The notes beneath the pieces were generated by a model, which was not told the DNA's origin, made no database searches, and worked only from the letters and a program-made list of their open reading frames with translations. From NCBI GenBank assembly GCA_040879435.1, contig JBBDKG010000010.1, forward strand, positions 2,019 through 66,018: a stretch of 64,000 nt of DNA, read 5' to 3'. A program made the position numbers and the translations under genes. Shown here piece by piece: positions 47,901 to 55,656 of this stretch; positions within the stretch are counted from its first letter, which is position 1; every line of letters begins with the position of its first letter. The DNA comes from Minisyncoccota bacterium (lineage in GTDB: Bacteria; Patescibacteriota; Minisyncoccia; Phycocordibacterales; UBA918).

Positions 47901-48830
47901 GTTCGTACTGGTTGCATTCGTTGCGACAAGGTCGGTTATCAAACCACTGGTGATCGTCGCATCCGTGATAGTGGTGGTCGCGAGTGTTGAGAGGCCGAGT
48001 ACGGTAAGGGCCGCGTCGACGATGAGCGAGTCGGTCAATCGCGCACTGCCGACCACATCAAGCGCATAGAGCGGAGTCGAGGTGCCGATACCGATACGAT
48101 TCAGACTTGAATCGATGAAGAGCGTGCTGTTGTCGAAGTTAAGGTCGGCGGCGTTGGTGTCGAGATCGAACGTAGTGGTCGCGTCGACCGTGAGTGCGTC
48201 ACGGAATTCAGTGAAGTCGAGTGAGTCCGCCGTCACATGAGAACCATTGAGCGTGCTGGTGGACACCTCACCGAGCCAGTTGACGAACAATAGGCTGTTG
48301 CCGAGCGTGCCCCTGATATCGTCGAGTGTGAAGGATCCTTGAATGACCGTATCGACCGTCACATTGTCAATGGCACCACTCAGATCATCACGGTTGTCGC
48401 TATCCTGTGTGCCGCTTTGTCGGCGCAGTCTCGCGACCTCGTCCTCAAGGTCAGCGATGTCCTCTTGGATATACGTGATGGTCTGCTGATTGAAGATGAC
48501 TGCATTCAGTGCCTCATCCACCTTGCGCAACATCCCTATGAGGCCGGAGGAAGAGGATGCCGGTGCAGCTTCTTCACGGATCACGATCTCTTCACGAATG
48601 ATAGTCGCCGGAGCCGGTGACTGCGGTAGTGCGGTGTCGCCGGAGCTCGTGTTGTTTCCGTCGCCGATAATCAAGCAGCCACCAACTTCAGAGAGTGCAG
48701 GAGTCGCAAGGGAGCAGAAGACAGCGGCCACTCCGGGTATCGTTCCGAGTTTCTGGTACATGGCCGCCGTCAGTCCCCCGAGCACCAGAAAGGCTACGAT
48801 CATACTGATAATTCCCCTACGTGTAGGCAT
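45000..48830 (-). CDS. giant (1276 aa) membrane-anchored fibre-like surface protein with tail-fibre-type repeats
   Basis: N-terminal anchor. Repeated G-N-V-G-I-G-T-T-T-P motif (IGIGTSTP, NVGIGTTTPNSKL, GNVGIGTTTPSTLL, GNVGIGTTTPNKRL), as seen in phage tail-fibre-like / beta-helical adhesins. Internal 36-aa tandem repeats (ATTTITDATITSG...). T/S/N-rich throughout. Confidence 0.8.
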   Translation of the reverse strand: MPTRRGIISMIVAFLVLGGLTAAMYQKLGTIPGVAAVFCSLATPALSEVGGCLIIGDGNNTSSGDTALPQSPAPATIIREEIVIREEAAPASSSSGLIGMLRKVDEALNAVIFNQQTITYIQEDIADLEDEVARLRRQSGTQDSDNRDDLSGAIDNVTVDTVIQGSFTLDDIRGTLGNSLLFVNWLGEVSTSTLNGSHVTADSLDFTEFRDALTVDATTTFDLDTNAADLNFDNSTLFIDSSLNRIGIGTSTPLYALDVVGSARLTDSLIVDAALTVLGLSTLATTTITDATITSGLITDLVATNATSTNLRVTSSATLATTTITDATITSGTVTDLIATNSTSTNLVSTNATSTNSFITNLLASFGTFGELTVTGTSTLATTSITHLTVGDSVASGVITASRFVASDANATSTFGNISASGDVSIDGDLTVTGDSYVVGTSSASTLVINSSIGSDLIPTINATYDIGSPAFFWNDGYFDTITANNISAASTSISGTQSNNFTINSDNASADAESISLIFYRGVVVPNALITWDATRDRFDFNQPTFIQNDSSTTTVTTLDVRGTAGQSADIFNVASSSGTSYFDVSSSGAVSISTLSNGVLVTDNTGTISASTTLSAAFIQDAFVQNTGDTMTGTLILPNSGLQIGASVPFSDSSGTLTLQNVDALDATTEATIESAIDTLANLASAASLATVGTITTGTWNADAVDISDYSNLAVSAPGLELSGDSVALSSGYEISTTASTTAWNNFFNTPSTRITAGTGLTWTGNTIDVDDDYVLNTGDEISGNLVFTGTGANIALGSNFLSGDGDDEGVFVDSDGNVGIGTTTPNSKLSIYQTNSAGSYDTLFSINSFGTATSTLKYDDGGYLNITSDNYSGFTNRTSSDLGGFAAAPEMSLGASRGNPDTPTATQSGDDLGYFNFQGYGTSAWRTGASIQALAMENYTNTSVATDLRFFTVPTGTSTLAERMRITSAGNVGIGTTTPSTLLDIVTASTAIAPQVSFGNSAGGLGYVGLDRGGNSNRLIIGVGSHADDGQAFTLDTGGNVGIGTTTPNKRLQVFDTVSDDQFRISYDATRYADFQVDSAGDLIVNAQGGDVRYNDENIWTCSGGSCPASSPTGTGNIIVERDVIIHGKLDVATIDPIYRIGGVNYATFGVSAIGVKEEASETIKLTERNEETGYYEYRISWNDLAKASDLWLFYQVTDFGVLWEKLAVTLTAGFDGRVFYTKDFKNNALVIQATAPGEVSARFMANRFDWMEWSNIRPDQDTKPHFDLEEEK

Positions 48831-48984
48831 CAGTTCATTTTACCAAGAAGACCTCCTTTAAACCTCCAAAAAACGGCTATTTTTGTGCATAAGTTTGCAA
48901 TTTCTATGGTCTGATTTGTCCCCTGTTTTGCTGTCTCGCTCCCGTTGCATTCCCTGTGTGCGTGTGGTATGCTCGACCCCACTT

Positions 48985-49227
48985 ATGGCAACAAACGTTC
49001 AGGTAGAGAAGAACAATAACGAATCAAGCGCGAACGTGATCCGCCGCTTCACCAAGCGGGTTCAGGGAGCGGGCATCGTTCGCCGTATCCGCGACAGCCG
49101 CTACTACTCCCGCATGAAGAGCGAGAACGTCCGCAAGGAGGCCCGTCTCAAGAAACTCGCGAAGAAGACCGAATACGATCGCCTATACAAGCTCGGCAAG
49201 GTGGAGGAGACACGAAAGCGACGATAG
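48985..49227 (+). CDS. rpsU: 30S ribosomal protein S21
   Basis: 80 aa from the ATG at 48985. IRRFTKR..GAGIVRRIRDSRYYSRMKSENVRKEARLKKLAKK matches the S21 pattern (LRRFKR...AGVL.E.RRREFYEKP...RKR). The ORF-track N-terminal extension is unlikely to be real. Confidence 0.7.
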   Translation: MATNVQVEKNNNESSANVIRRFTKRVQGAGIVRRIRDSRYYSRMKSENVRKEARLKKLAKKTEYDRLYKLGKVEETRKRR

Positions 49228-49271
49228 AGAAAGTGCCCCACAAGGGGCGCTTTTCTTGATACACTACCCCC

Positions 49272-49661
49272 ATGTCCACGACCATTTCAGCAACGGCGCG
49301 CTCCTACCCGAAACAGCTTCCGTATGCGGCTATCACAGATGCCGTCTTGGGAAAACGCTACGAACTCTCACTCGTCTTTGTTGGTCGCACGCGTGCACAA
49401 ACGCTCAACAAAACCACACGAGGAAAATCGTATGTGCCAAACGTACTTTCCTTCCCACTCACTGACGCAACCGGCGAGATATACATCACACTAGAGGTTG
49501 CAAAACGTGAAGCGCGGAAATACAACATGAGCCAGAAGACATACATCGCGTACCTCTTCGTCCACGGACTGCTTCATCTCAAAGGGTACGACCACGGGGA
49601 GCAGATGGAGCGTCTTGAACAGAAGTTCCTTGCTGCATTCAAACTATCCTCCCGAGATTAG
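49272..49661 (+). CDS. ybeY: rRNA maturation endoribonuclease YbeY
   Basis: 129 aa. Metal-binding HGLLHLKGYDH motif. Confidence 0.85.
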   Translation: MSTTISATARSYPKQLPYAAITDAVLGKRYELSLVFVGRTRAQTLNKTTRGKSYVPNVLSFPLTDATGEIYITLEVAKREARKYNMSQKTYIAYLFVHGLLHLKGYDHGEQMERLEQKFLAAFKLSSRD

Positions 49662-49719
49662 CGGGATTTCCACGTTTTTCCCGAAATTTCCCAAAGGGTC
49701 AGTGCTATAATCAAAGGGC

Positions 49720-50889
49720 ATGAAGGACCGTATCATAGCGGGAATAGATGTTGGTACCTACCAGGTGAAGGTGGTGATCGCATCGCTACCCAAAAACCAA
49801 AAGGACCATTCCCTCCCACAGATCATCGGCACCGGCTACGCAGAGAGCCGCGGTCTTCGTAACGGGTATATCGTGAACGAAGCTGATGCGACGCGGAGTG
49901 TGAAGAGTGCGGTGATGCAGGCGGAGAAGGCTGCGGGTGTCGAGGTAAAGCGGGCGTACGTCTCGATCGGCAGTATCGGACTCGATGAGGTGTTCTCGCA
50001 CGGTGAGGTCATCACCACACGTGCCGACTCTGAGATCACTCAAACCGACGTAGACAAGGCAATGCAGGATAGTGAGGAACGTATCATCGATCACATTCCG
50101 AACCGCAAGATCCTCCACGCCATTCCCCTCTCCTTTTCTATCGACGGTGAGTCTGTCCTCGGACGCCCTCACGGCATGCACGGCACCAAGCTCGAGGTCG
50201 AGTCACTCTTCGTCACCAGCTTCGAGCAGCATCTCAATGACCTCATCAGTACCATTGAATCGATCGGTGTGAGTGTTGAGGATGTGATGGCGGCGCCGCT
50301 CGCCGCAAGTTTTGTGATGTTAACGAAAGCGCAGAAGCGGGCAGGTTGTGTATTGGCGAACATCGGTGCTGAAACAGTTTCTATCGCGGTCTTTGAAAAT
50401 AATACGCCGGTCTCACTCAAGGTATTCCCGATCGGTTCGAACGATATCACGAACGACATCGCGCTCGGACTCAAGATCCCGCTCGAGGAAGCTGAGAAGA
50501 TCAAACGTGGTGGTATGACCAGTGCCAACTACTCCAAGCGCAAGCTCGATGAGATCATCGGCGCACGTCTCACGGACATGTTCGAGCTCATCGACGCACA
50601 TTTGCGGAAGATTAAACGTGACGGACTTCTGCCGGCAGGCATCATCATCACCGGTGGGGGTTCGGGACTTGCGACCATACAGGAACTTGCACGCACCGCT
50701 CTTCGTCTGCCGTCGCGCATCGCCACACTTGACCCCGGGCAGAACGGCAAAGTACGTGACGCTTCGTGGGCGGTCGCGTATGGTCTTTGTATGTGGGGAG
50801 CAAGCGATGAGGAGGAAGGTGGTGGTGTGGGAATAGCCAAGAAAGCACGGAACTCGCTCGTCGACTGGTTCAGTCAGTTTCTGCCGTAG
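49720..50889 (+). CDS. ftsA: cell division protein FtsA
   Basis: 389 aa. Actin-fold start (IAGIDVGTYQVKVVI), phosphate-binding loops, and gene order directly upstream of ftsZ. Confidence 0.9.
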   Translation: MKDRIIAGIDVGTYQVKVVIASLPKNQKDHSLPQIIGTGYAESRGLRNGYIVNEADATRSVKSAVMQAEKAAGVEVKRAYVSIGSIGLDEVFSHGEVITTRADSEITQTDVDKAMQDSEERIIDHIPNRKILHAIPLSFSIDGESVLGRPHGMHGTKLEVESLFVTSFEQHLNDLISTIESIGVSVEDVMAAPLAASFVMLTKAQKRAGCVLANIGAETVSIAVFENNTPVSLKVFPIGSNDITNDIALGLKIPLEEAEKIKRGGMTSANYSKRKLDEIIGARLTDMFELIDAHLRKIKRDGLLPAGIIITGGGSGLATIQELARTALRLPSRIATLDPGQNGKVRDASWAVAYGLCMWGASDEEEGGGVGIAKKARNSLVDWFSQFLP

Positions 50890-50915
50890 ATGACGCGGAA
50901 ATGAGAGTGATGCAG

Positions 50916-50939
50916 ATGCGGCGTGCGCCGCATTTTTTA
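50916..50939 (+). terminator. intrinsic terminator between ftsA and ftsZ
   Basis: ATGCGGCG-tg-CGCCGCAT followed by TTTTTT. Confidence 0.7.
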
Positions 50940-51167
50940 TTACTCAAGGCTCTCAATTGCGTACTACACCCGCCTTCGTCAATTACACGAAAGTCGTGAA
51001 TGTCAATATGGTGACAGCACTCGCAGTAACTAGTATTATGGTGCACAAGTACGGAGGTGACCGGTCCGGTCTGCGCGCAGACCGCCATCGTGTCGTCGGT
51101 GCGGTTCTCTGTGGGAAGAGGACCTCGTCCGTTTTGGAGGTATTAACTAACGCTTGCACGCTCGCCT

Positions 51168-52406
51168 ATGGAACAAATTAAATCAGACGTTGAATCATTC
51201 GCACGCATCCGCGTTGTCGGTGCAGGAGGATCCGGCTGCAATGCCGTCAACCACATGGTCAACGCGAAGGTCAAGGGGGTCGAATTCATCGCGGTCAACA
51301 GCGATGCACAGGACCTGCACAACTCACTCGCAAAGAAGAAGATTCACATCGGAAAGAATCTCACCCGTGGACTCGGCGCAGGTGGTAACCCGGACATGGG
51401 ACGTCGTGCTGCTGAGGAGACGCGTGAAGAGATCGCGAATGCCCTCAAAGGTTCGGACATGATCTTTGTGACCGGTGGTATGGGCGGCGGCACCGGTACC
51501 GGAGCTGCACCGGTGATCGCCAAGATCGCACGGGACAGCGGCGCACTCACGGTCGGAGTGGTCACCAAGCCGTTCCTCTTTGAAGGACAGGAACGCATGC
51601 GCCTTGCGCTCCAGGGTATCGAGGAACTCTCGAAGGAGGTTGACGCCCTCATTACCGTCCCGAACGACCGACTTCTTGCCATTGTGGACAAGGATACGTC
51701 AGTGAAGAACGCGTTTGCGATGTGTGACGATATCCTCAAGCACGCGGTCGAAGGTATCTCGGACCTCATCACGATGCCGGGTATCATCAACGTCGACTTT
51801 GCCGATATCCGTTCCGTCATGGAGAACGCCGGTTCTGCACTCATGGGTATCGGAACTGCATCAGGCGAGAAGCGTGCTGAGGAAGCTGCTCGTTCAGCCA
51901 TCAACTCCCCGCTCCTTGAGATCTCCATCACCGGTGCGAAAGGTGTACTCTTTGCGATCGCTGGTGGCGACGATCTTGGTATGCTCGAGATCCAGGATGC
52001 AGCGCGTGCCATCACTGAGTCCATCGACCCACACGCGAAAGTGATCTTCGGTGCGATCCGCGATGAGAAGCTCAAGAAGAATGAAGTGAAGGTGACCGTT
52101 ATTGCGACCGGCTTCCCTGATTCCGAGGTACGCCCATCAGACCGGTCGGTCGTCCGCGCGCCACGCGACGCTGACGCAGATGAAGAGCGGGTCGAAGCAC
52201 GCGCCGGCGGGCGGATATTCAACTCGCTCGGTGGTAGCCGTCGTGAAGAGCCGGTCGAGGCGGAAGCAAAACCGGAACCGACGGTCGCTACCAAACCTGA
52301 ACCGACGTCAAAGCGCGAACCGAAACCGGTGGATCCCATCGACGAGGAGGACGATGACGACTGGGGAGCGGTTCCGGCATTCCTTCGGAGGAGCAAACTG
52401 AAATAG
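51168..52406 (+). CDS. ftsZ: cell division protein FtsZ
   Basis: 412 aa. Tubulin signature GGGTGTGAAP, N-terminal GAGGSGCNAV, and an acidic/Pro-rich C-terminal linker. Confidence 0.95.
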   Translation: MEQIKSDVESFARIRVVGAGGSGCNAVNHMVNAKVKGVEFIAVNSDAQDLHNSLAKKKIHIGKNLTRGLGAGGNPDMGRRAAEETREEIANALKGSDMIFVTGGMGGGTGTGAAPVIAKIARDSGALTVGVVTKPFLFEGQERMRLALQGIEELSKEVDALITVPNDRLLAIVDKDTSVKNAFAMCDDILKHAVEGISDLITMPGIINVDFADIRSVMENAGSALMGIGTASGEKRAEEAARSAINSPLLEISITGAKGVLFAIAGGDDLGMLEIQDAARAITESIDPHAKVIFGAIRDEKLKKNEVKVTVIATGFPDSEVRPSDRSVVRAPRDADADEERVEARAGGRIFNSLGGSRREEPVEAEAKPEPTVATKPEPTSKREPKPVDPIDEEDDDDWGAVPAFLRRSKLK

Positions 52407-52413
52407 GACATCC

Positions 52414-52450
52414 AAAACATCTTCCACTCGGAAGATGGTTTTGTTTTTAT
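52414..52450 (+). terminator. intrinsic terminator after ftsZ
   Basis: CATCTTCC-actc-GGAAGATG followed by GTTTTGTTTTT. Confidence 0.65.
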
Positions 52451-52498
52451 GGTATCCTATGCACGTTGTACTTGAAACTAACTACGTACTGAATTGCT

Positions 52499-53422
52499 AT
52501 GTTTGACCTCATTATCATCGGCGGCGGACCTGCCGGCGTCGCAGCGGGCGTATACGCCTCACGAAAACGACTGAACTCACTCCTCGTCACGAAAGAATGG
52601 GGCGGCCAGAGTAGCGTATCTCCTGATATCCAGAACTGGATCGGTACGCCGTCGATCTCCGGCACAGAGCTCGCTGAGAATCTGAAAACACACCTCCTCA
52701 CCTACGCCGACGGTGTCGTTGAGATCAACGAGAACACCACTGCAACGAATATTGAAAAAAGCGGCGACGGGTTCTCGGTCACACTTGAGGATGGGAGTAC
52801 AGCAGAAGCACGTGCCGTTCTTATCGCAAGTGGTTCGAAGCGCCGTCGCCTTGATGTTCCGGGTGCCGATAAGTTCGAGCACAAGGGAGTCACATACTGT
52901 GCGAGCTGTGACGGGCCGATGTTCTCCGATCAGGATGTTGTGGTGGTCGGTGGCGGGAACGCAGGATTTGAGACTGCGGCGCAGCTCTTGGCATACGCAA
53001 AGAGCGTGACGCTCATCCACAAGAACGATGCATACAAGGCCGACCCGGTCACGGTCGAGAAGGTGCTGGCGCACGAGAACATGACCGGCATTCTGAATGC
53101 CGAGATCACAAAAGTGACCGGCGAGCAGTTCGTTACCGGCATTTCATACAAGGATGCGAAGACCGGAGAGGAGCATGACCTCCCTGTTGGTGGTGTATTC
53201 GTCGAGATCGGAATGATCCCGAATACTGAGTTCGTCGAAAACGCAGTGGCGCTTGATGAGTATAAGCGGATCGAGATCGACCCGTGGACGCAGCAGACCG
53301 CTACCCCTGGCATCTGGGCGGCCGGCGATTGCACCAATATCCGCTACCATCAGAACAACATCTCAGCGGGTGATGCGGTCCGTGCGCTTGAGGATATCTA
53401 TGTTCATTTGAAGACGAAGTGA
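52499..53422 (+). CDS. trxB: thioredoxin-disulfide reductase
   Basis: 307 aa. FAD site IIGGGPAGVAAGVYA, redox-active CASCDG, and NADPH site VVGGGNAGFETA. Confidence 0.9.
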   Translation: MFDLIIIGGGPAGVAAGVYASRKRLNSLLVTKEWGGQSSVSPDIQNWIGTPSISGTELAENLKTHLLTYADGVVEINENTTATNIEKSGDGFSVTLEDGSTAEARAVLIASGSKRRRLDVPGADKFEHKGVTYCASCDGPMFSDQDVVVVGGGNAGFETAAQLLAYAKSVTLIHKNDAYKADPVTVEKVLAHENMTGILNAEITKVTGEQFVTGISYKDAKTGEEHDLPVGGVFVEIGMIPNTEFVENAVALDEYKRIEIDPWTQQTATPGIWAAGDCTNIRYHQNNISAGDAVRALEDIYVHLKTK

Positions 53423-53425
53423 CGC

Positions 53426-53878
53426 ATGGAGTACTTTGTACGGATATACTCGTCTCCGGTACCTATCCCCTTCACATTCGCAGTGCATACGTACTTGGTA
53501 GTGGGTTGTGACGATGTGCGCGATCGGTACGACGTTCTACCGTTCCTTTCAAACGACCATCCGAAAAACTACGACGGGTACGTCTGCAAGAATATATTGC
53601 CGCCTGAAACAGGGTTCCGCTGTTTCGGCCGCTATCCATTTGTGTTTGGACCACGCTATAGAACAACAGTGATCGGTGAGGAGACCGGTGGTCCGCAGAG
53701 TGTGGCCTGCCGGTTGTATGAACGTATTGAAGCAGGTCTCTTACATGAGTACCCATACAAAGAACGATACAACATGGTGCTTGGACCAAATAGCAATACC
53801 TTCACGCAATGGATGCTTGACCAAACACCTGACCTAGAAATTACCCTTCCCTGGAACGCGTGGGGCAAGAGGTACTGA
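53426..53878 (+). CDS. hypothetical protein
   Basis: 150 aa, 4 nt after trxB, with coding-like composition. No motif recognised. Confidence 0.45.
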   Translation: MEYFVRIYSSPVPIPFTFAVHTYLVVGCDDVRDRYDVLPFLSNDHPKNYDGYVCKNILPPETGFRCFGRYPFVFGPRYRTTVIGEETGGPQSVACRLYERIEAGLLHEYPYKERYNMVLGPNSNTFTQWMLDQTPDLEITLPWNAWGKRY

Positions 53879-53904
53879 CCAAACGAGTATCTCAACACAA
53901 CGCA

Positions 53905-53934
53905 AACCGCGCCCCTTTCGGGGCGCGGTTTGTC
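53905..53934 (+). terminator. intrinsic terminator
   Basis: CCGCGCCCC-tttc-GGGGCGCGG followed by TTTG. Confidence 0.7.
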
Positions 53935-54231
53935 GTACAACGTAGAGCTTTCAGCCTGCATGACCCGTTGCTGTAGCCGACAGCAGCAGGTATGACTCGG
54001 TCACCACCATGCAAAGCCATACTTAGTTTCTCACGCTCGAAATACCCGTCAAGCATTTGTGAAAATGGCTAACTTTCGTACCTTCTGTGCATAACCACTG
54101 GAAAAGTGTGGGTATAACGAGAGGCATAGTGGAGTGGAGAACATGTGCATGGTGTGCGAAAAACTATGTTTACGAATACCTCATGATTGGTGTATAAAGA
54201 GGACTGGAGTCTAACAGAGGGAGCGCGACTC

Positions 54232-54504
54232 ATGCGTGACGCAACTGAGACCGAACTGCTGCTGAGCGGTTATGGACTGACAACGGCAGAGTTTCTCTAC
54301 CGTATGCCTGACCACCAGTCGATCCTGCAGTCATTCATCTGGCAGCAATACGACATCGCACCGAAGTTTCCGGCACTGTATGGGTTCATCGACTTCTGGC
54401 AGAAGAAGCTTGACGGTCCGTTGCACTCGGTCACCTTTACGCATCGACGGCTGATCGCGGCGAACGAGTGGCATAAGGTGGACGGTGAGCTCGTGCTGCA
54501 CTGA
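54232..54504 (+). CDS. Usg-like family small protein
   Basis: 90 aa from the ATG at 54232 (AGAGGGA Shine-Dalgarno 9 nt upstream). LSGYGLTTAEFLYRMPDHQSILQSFIWQQYDIAPKFP...FWQKKLDGPLHSVTFTH matches, from memory, the Usg family pattern (GY.LTTAEILYR.PDHP.ILQ.YIWQ.YD.AP.FP). The ORF-track TTG start at 54187 is less likely. Confidence 0.5.
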   Translation: MRDATETELLLSGYGLTTAEFLYRMPDHQSILQSFIWQQYDIAPKFPALYGFIDFWQKKLDGPLHSVTFTHRRLIAANEWHKVDGELVLH

Positions 54505-54512
54505 AAAGAAAA

Positions 54513-54543
54513 GGGCCCGGCGTGGGAGTCGCCGGGCCTTTCT
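54513..54543. terminator. bidirectional terminator between the convergent usg-like gene and 54546..55229
   Basis: GGGCCCGGCG-tgggagt-CGCCGGGCC flanked by aaaag and ttt. Confidence 0.7.
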
Positions 54544-54545
54544 GA

Positions 54546-55229
54546 TTAGTTGAAGATTTGTGCGAAGATACGTTCCGTACGACGGAGCGTTGCTTCGTCT
54601 GGGGCGGTGTGGTGGTGCGCGTAGTAGATAGCTTTCGCTGTCTCATACTCGCCCTGAAGGAACGTGCGGAGTAGCGTGTCGCTTCCCCGCTGCTCAATAA
54701 TGTTCACGAGCGTCAGAATAGCCTGACGCTTTTCCGGAACCTCAAAGAGCTGCATTGGTGATTCCTTCAGTTCCACCGCCCACTCAGGTACTGGGCCGAG
54801 GTGATGCCGCGCCATGTAGTTTCCGAGACGATTGACTGCGGTCGGGACCGAGCCTTTCGTGAACTGAAACAACGACATGGCAGAGCTAGTTGACGCTCTG
54901 GCATACTGGTCACCATTCGATTCAATGAGCTTTACAAACTCAAGGAACCGCTTGATGACCTCCTCGGTGGATTTGAAACCCTGTTCGATCACCTCGAGAC
55001 GAAGCATTTCGTTCGCGATGATCTCTTTGATCAGACTGACGTCGGCATCCTCTGGGACGCGTACCGGCACGATAGGTTGTGCCACCACATCGCCGTGCTC
55101 CTCGATTAGCATAGAGATCATGTCGGTCTGTTGGGTCTCGTGAGTCGGCTGCTTTGTCCCCCAAAGCATACCGATGATGCCGGCCGTCAAACACGCGACG
55201 GTTACGGCTTGCCACACTAGGTTACTCAA
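54546..55229 (-). CDS. hypothetical membrane-anchored protein
   Basis: 227 aa. N-terminal TM helix (VWQAVTVACLTAGIIGMLWG), then a soluble domain. Confidence 0.5.
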   Translation of the reverse strand: MSNLVWQAVTVACLTAGIIGMLWGTKQPTHETQQTDMISMLIEEHGDVVAQPIVPVRVPEDADVSLIKEIIANEMLRLEVIEQGFKSTEEVIKRFLEFVKLIESNGDQYARASTSSAMSLFQFTKGSVPTAVNRLGNYMARHHLGPVPEWAVELKESPMQLFEVPEKRQAILTLVNIIEQRGSDTLLRTFLQGEYETAKAIYYAHHHTAPDEATLRRTERIFAQIFN

Positions 55230-55299
55230 CTCGTACCCTCCGTACTCAATGTACTTACGAGTATATTATATCATAATTATAGAGTATAGTCAATGTTTG

Positions 55300-55386
55300 T
55301 GGCGGAAGAGGTGGGACTCGAACCCACAAGCGCTTGCGCGCGCCGCTTTTCGAGAGCGGTCCGTTACCAATTCCGGGCACTCTTCC
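55300..55386 (-). tRNA. tRNA-Ser (CGA), class II, CCA encoded
   Basis: Reverse complement GGAAGAG...CCGCT-CTCGAAA-AGCGG (anticodon CGA), long variable arm, T-loop GGTTCGAGTCC, acceptor CTCTTCC-G-CCA. Confidence 0.8.
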
Positions 55387-55439
55387 ATGCGGTATAAACT
55401 AGCATTTTTCGGCTTTTTTGATAACATGTGGCGACTTCC

Positions 55440-55511
55440 GGCCCTATCGTCTAATGGTTAGGACGCAAGGTTTTCATCCTTGAAATCGGAGTTCGATTCT
55501 CCGTAGGGTCA
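55440..55511 (+). tRNA. tRNA-Glu (TTC)
   Basis: Acceptor GGCCCTA/TAGGGTC. D-loop TCTAATGGTTAGGA. Anticodon arm CAAGG-TTTTCAT-CCTTG with anticodon TTC. T-loop GGAGTTCGATTCTCC. Confidence 0.85.
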
Positions 55512-55656
55512 CAATTCAAAATAGCTTTTATTTACTTCATATTTTTACGCTACCTAGCGCCAAAGTGGAACACCGTTGCATTTTATTTAACTATATTGCA
55601 TAGTTGCCACGGAGTTACGTACTCCGTATCTGAAACTAAAGCCTAAGGAGGCTGTT

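Noticed and set aside
45566-48069. Multiple + strand ORFs (e.g. 47440..48069, 209 aa) inside the 1276-aa fibre gene
   Set aside because: Antisense shadow frames of a T/S/N-rich repeat gene (they read as V/A/S-rich). The minus-strand frame is continuous for 3.8 kb and carries recognisable repeat motifs.
51344-52420. 358-aa minus-strand ORF opposite ftsZ
   Set aside because: Antisense to ftsZ, which has unambiguous tubulin-signature motifs. The translation is an S/A/R/P-rich shadow frame.
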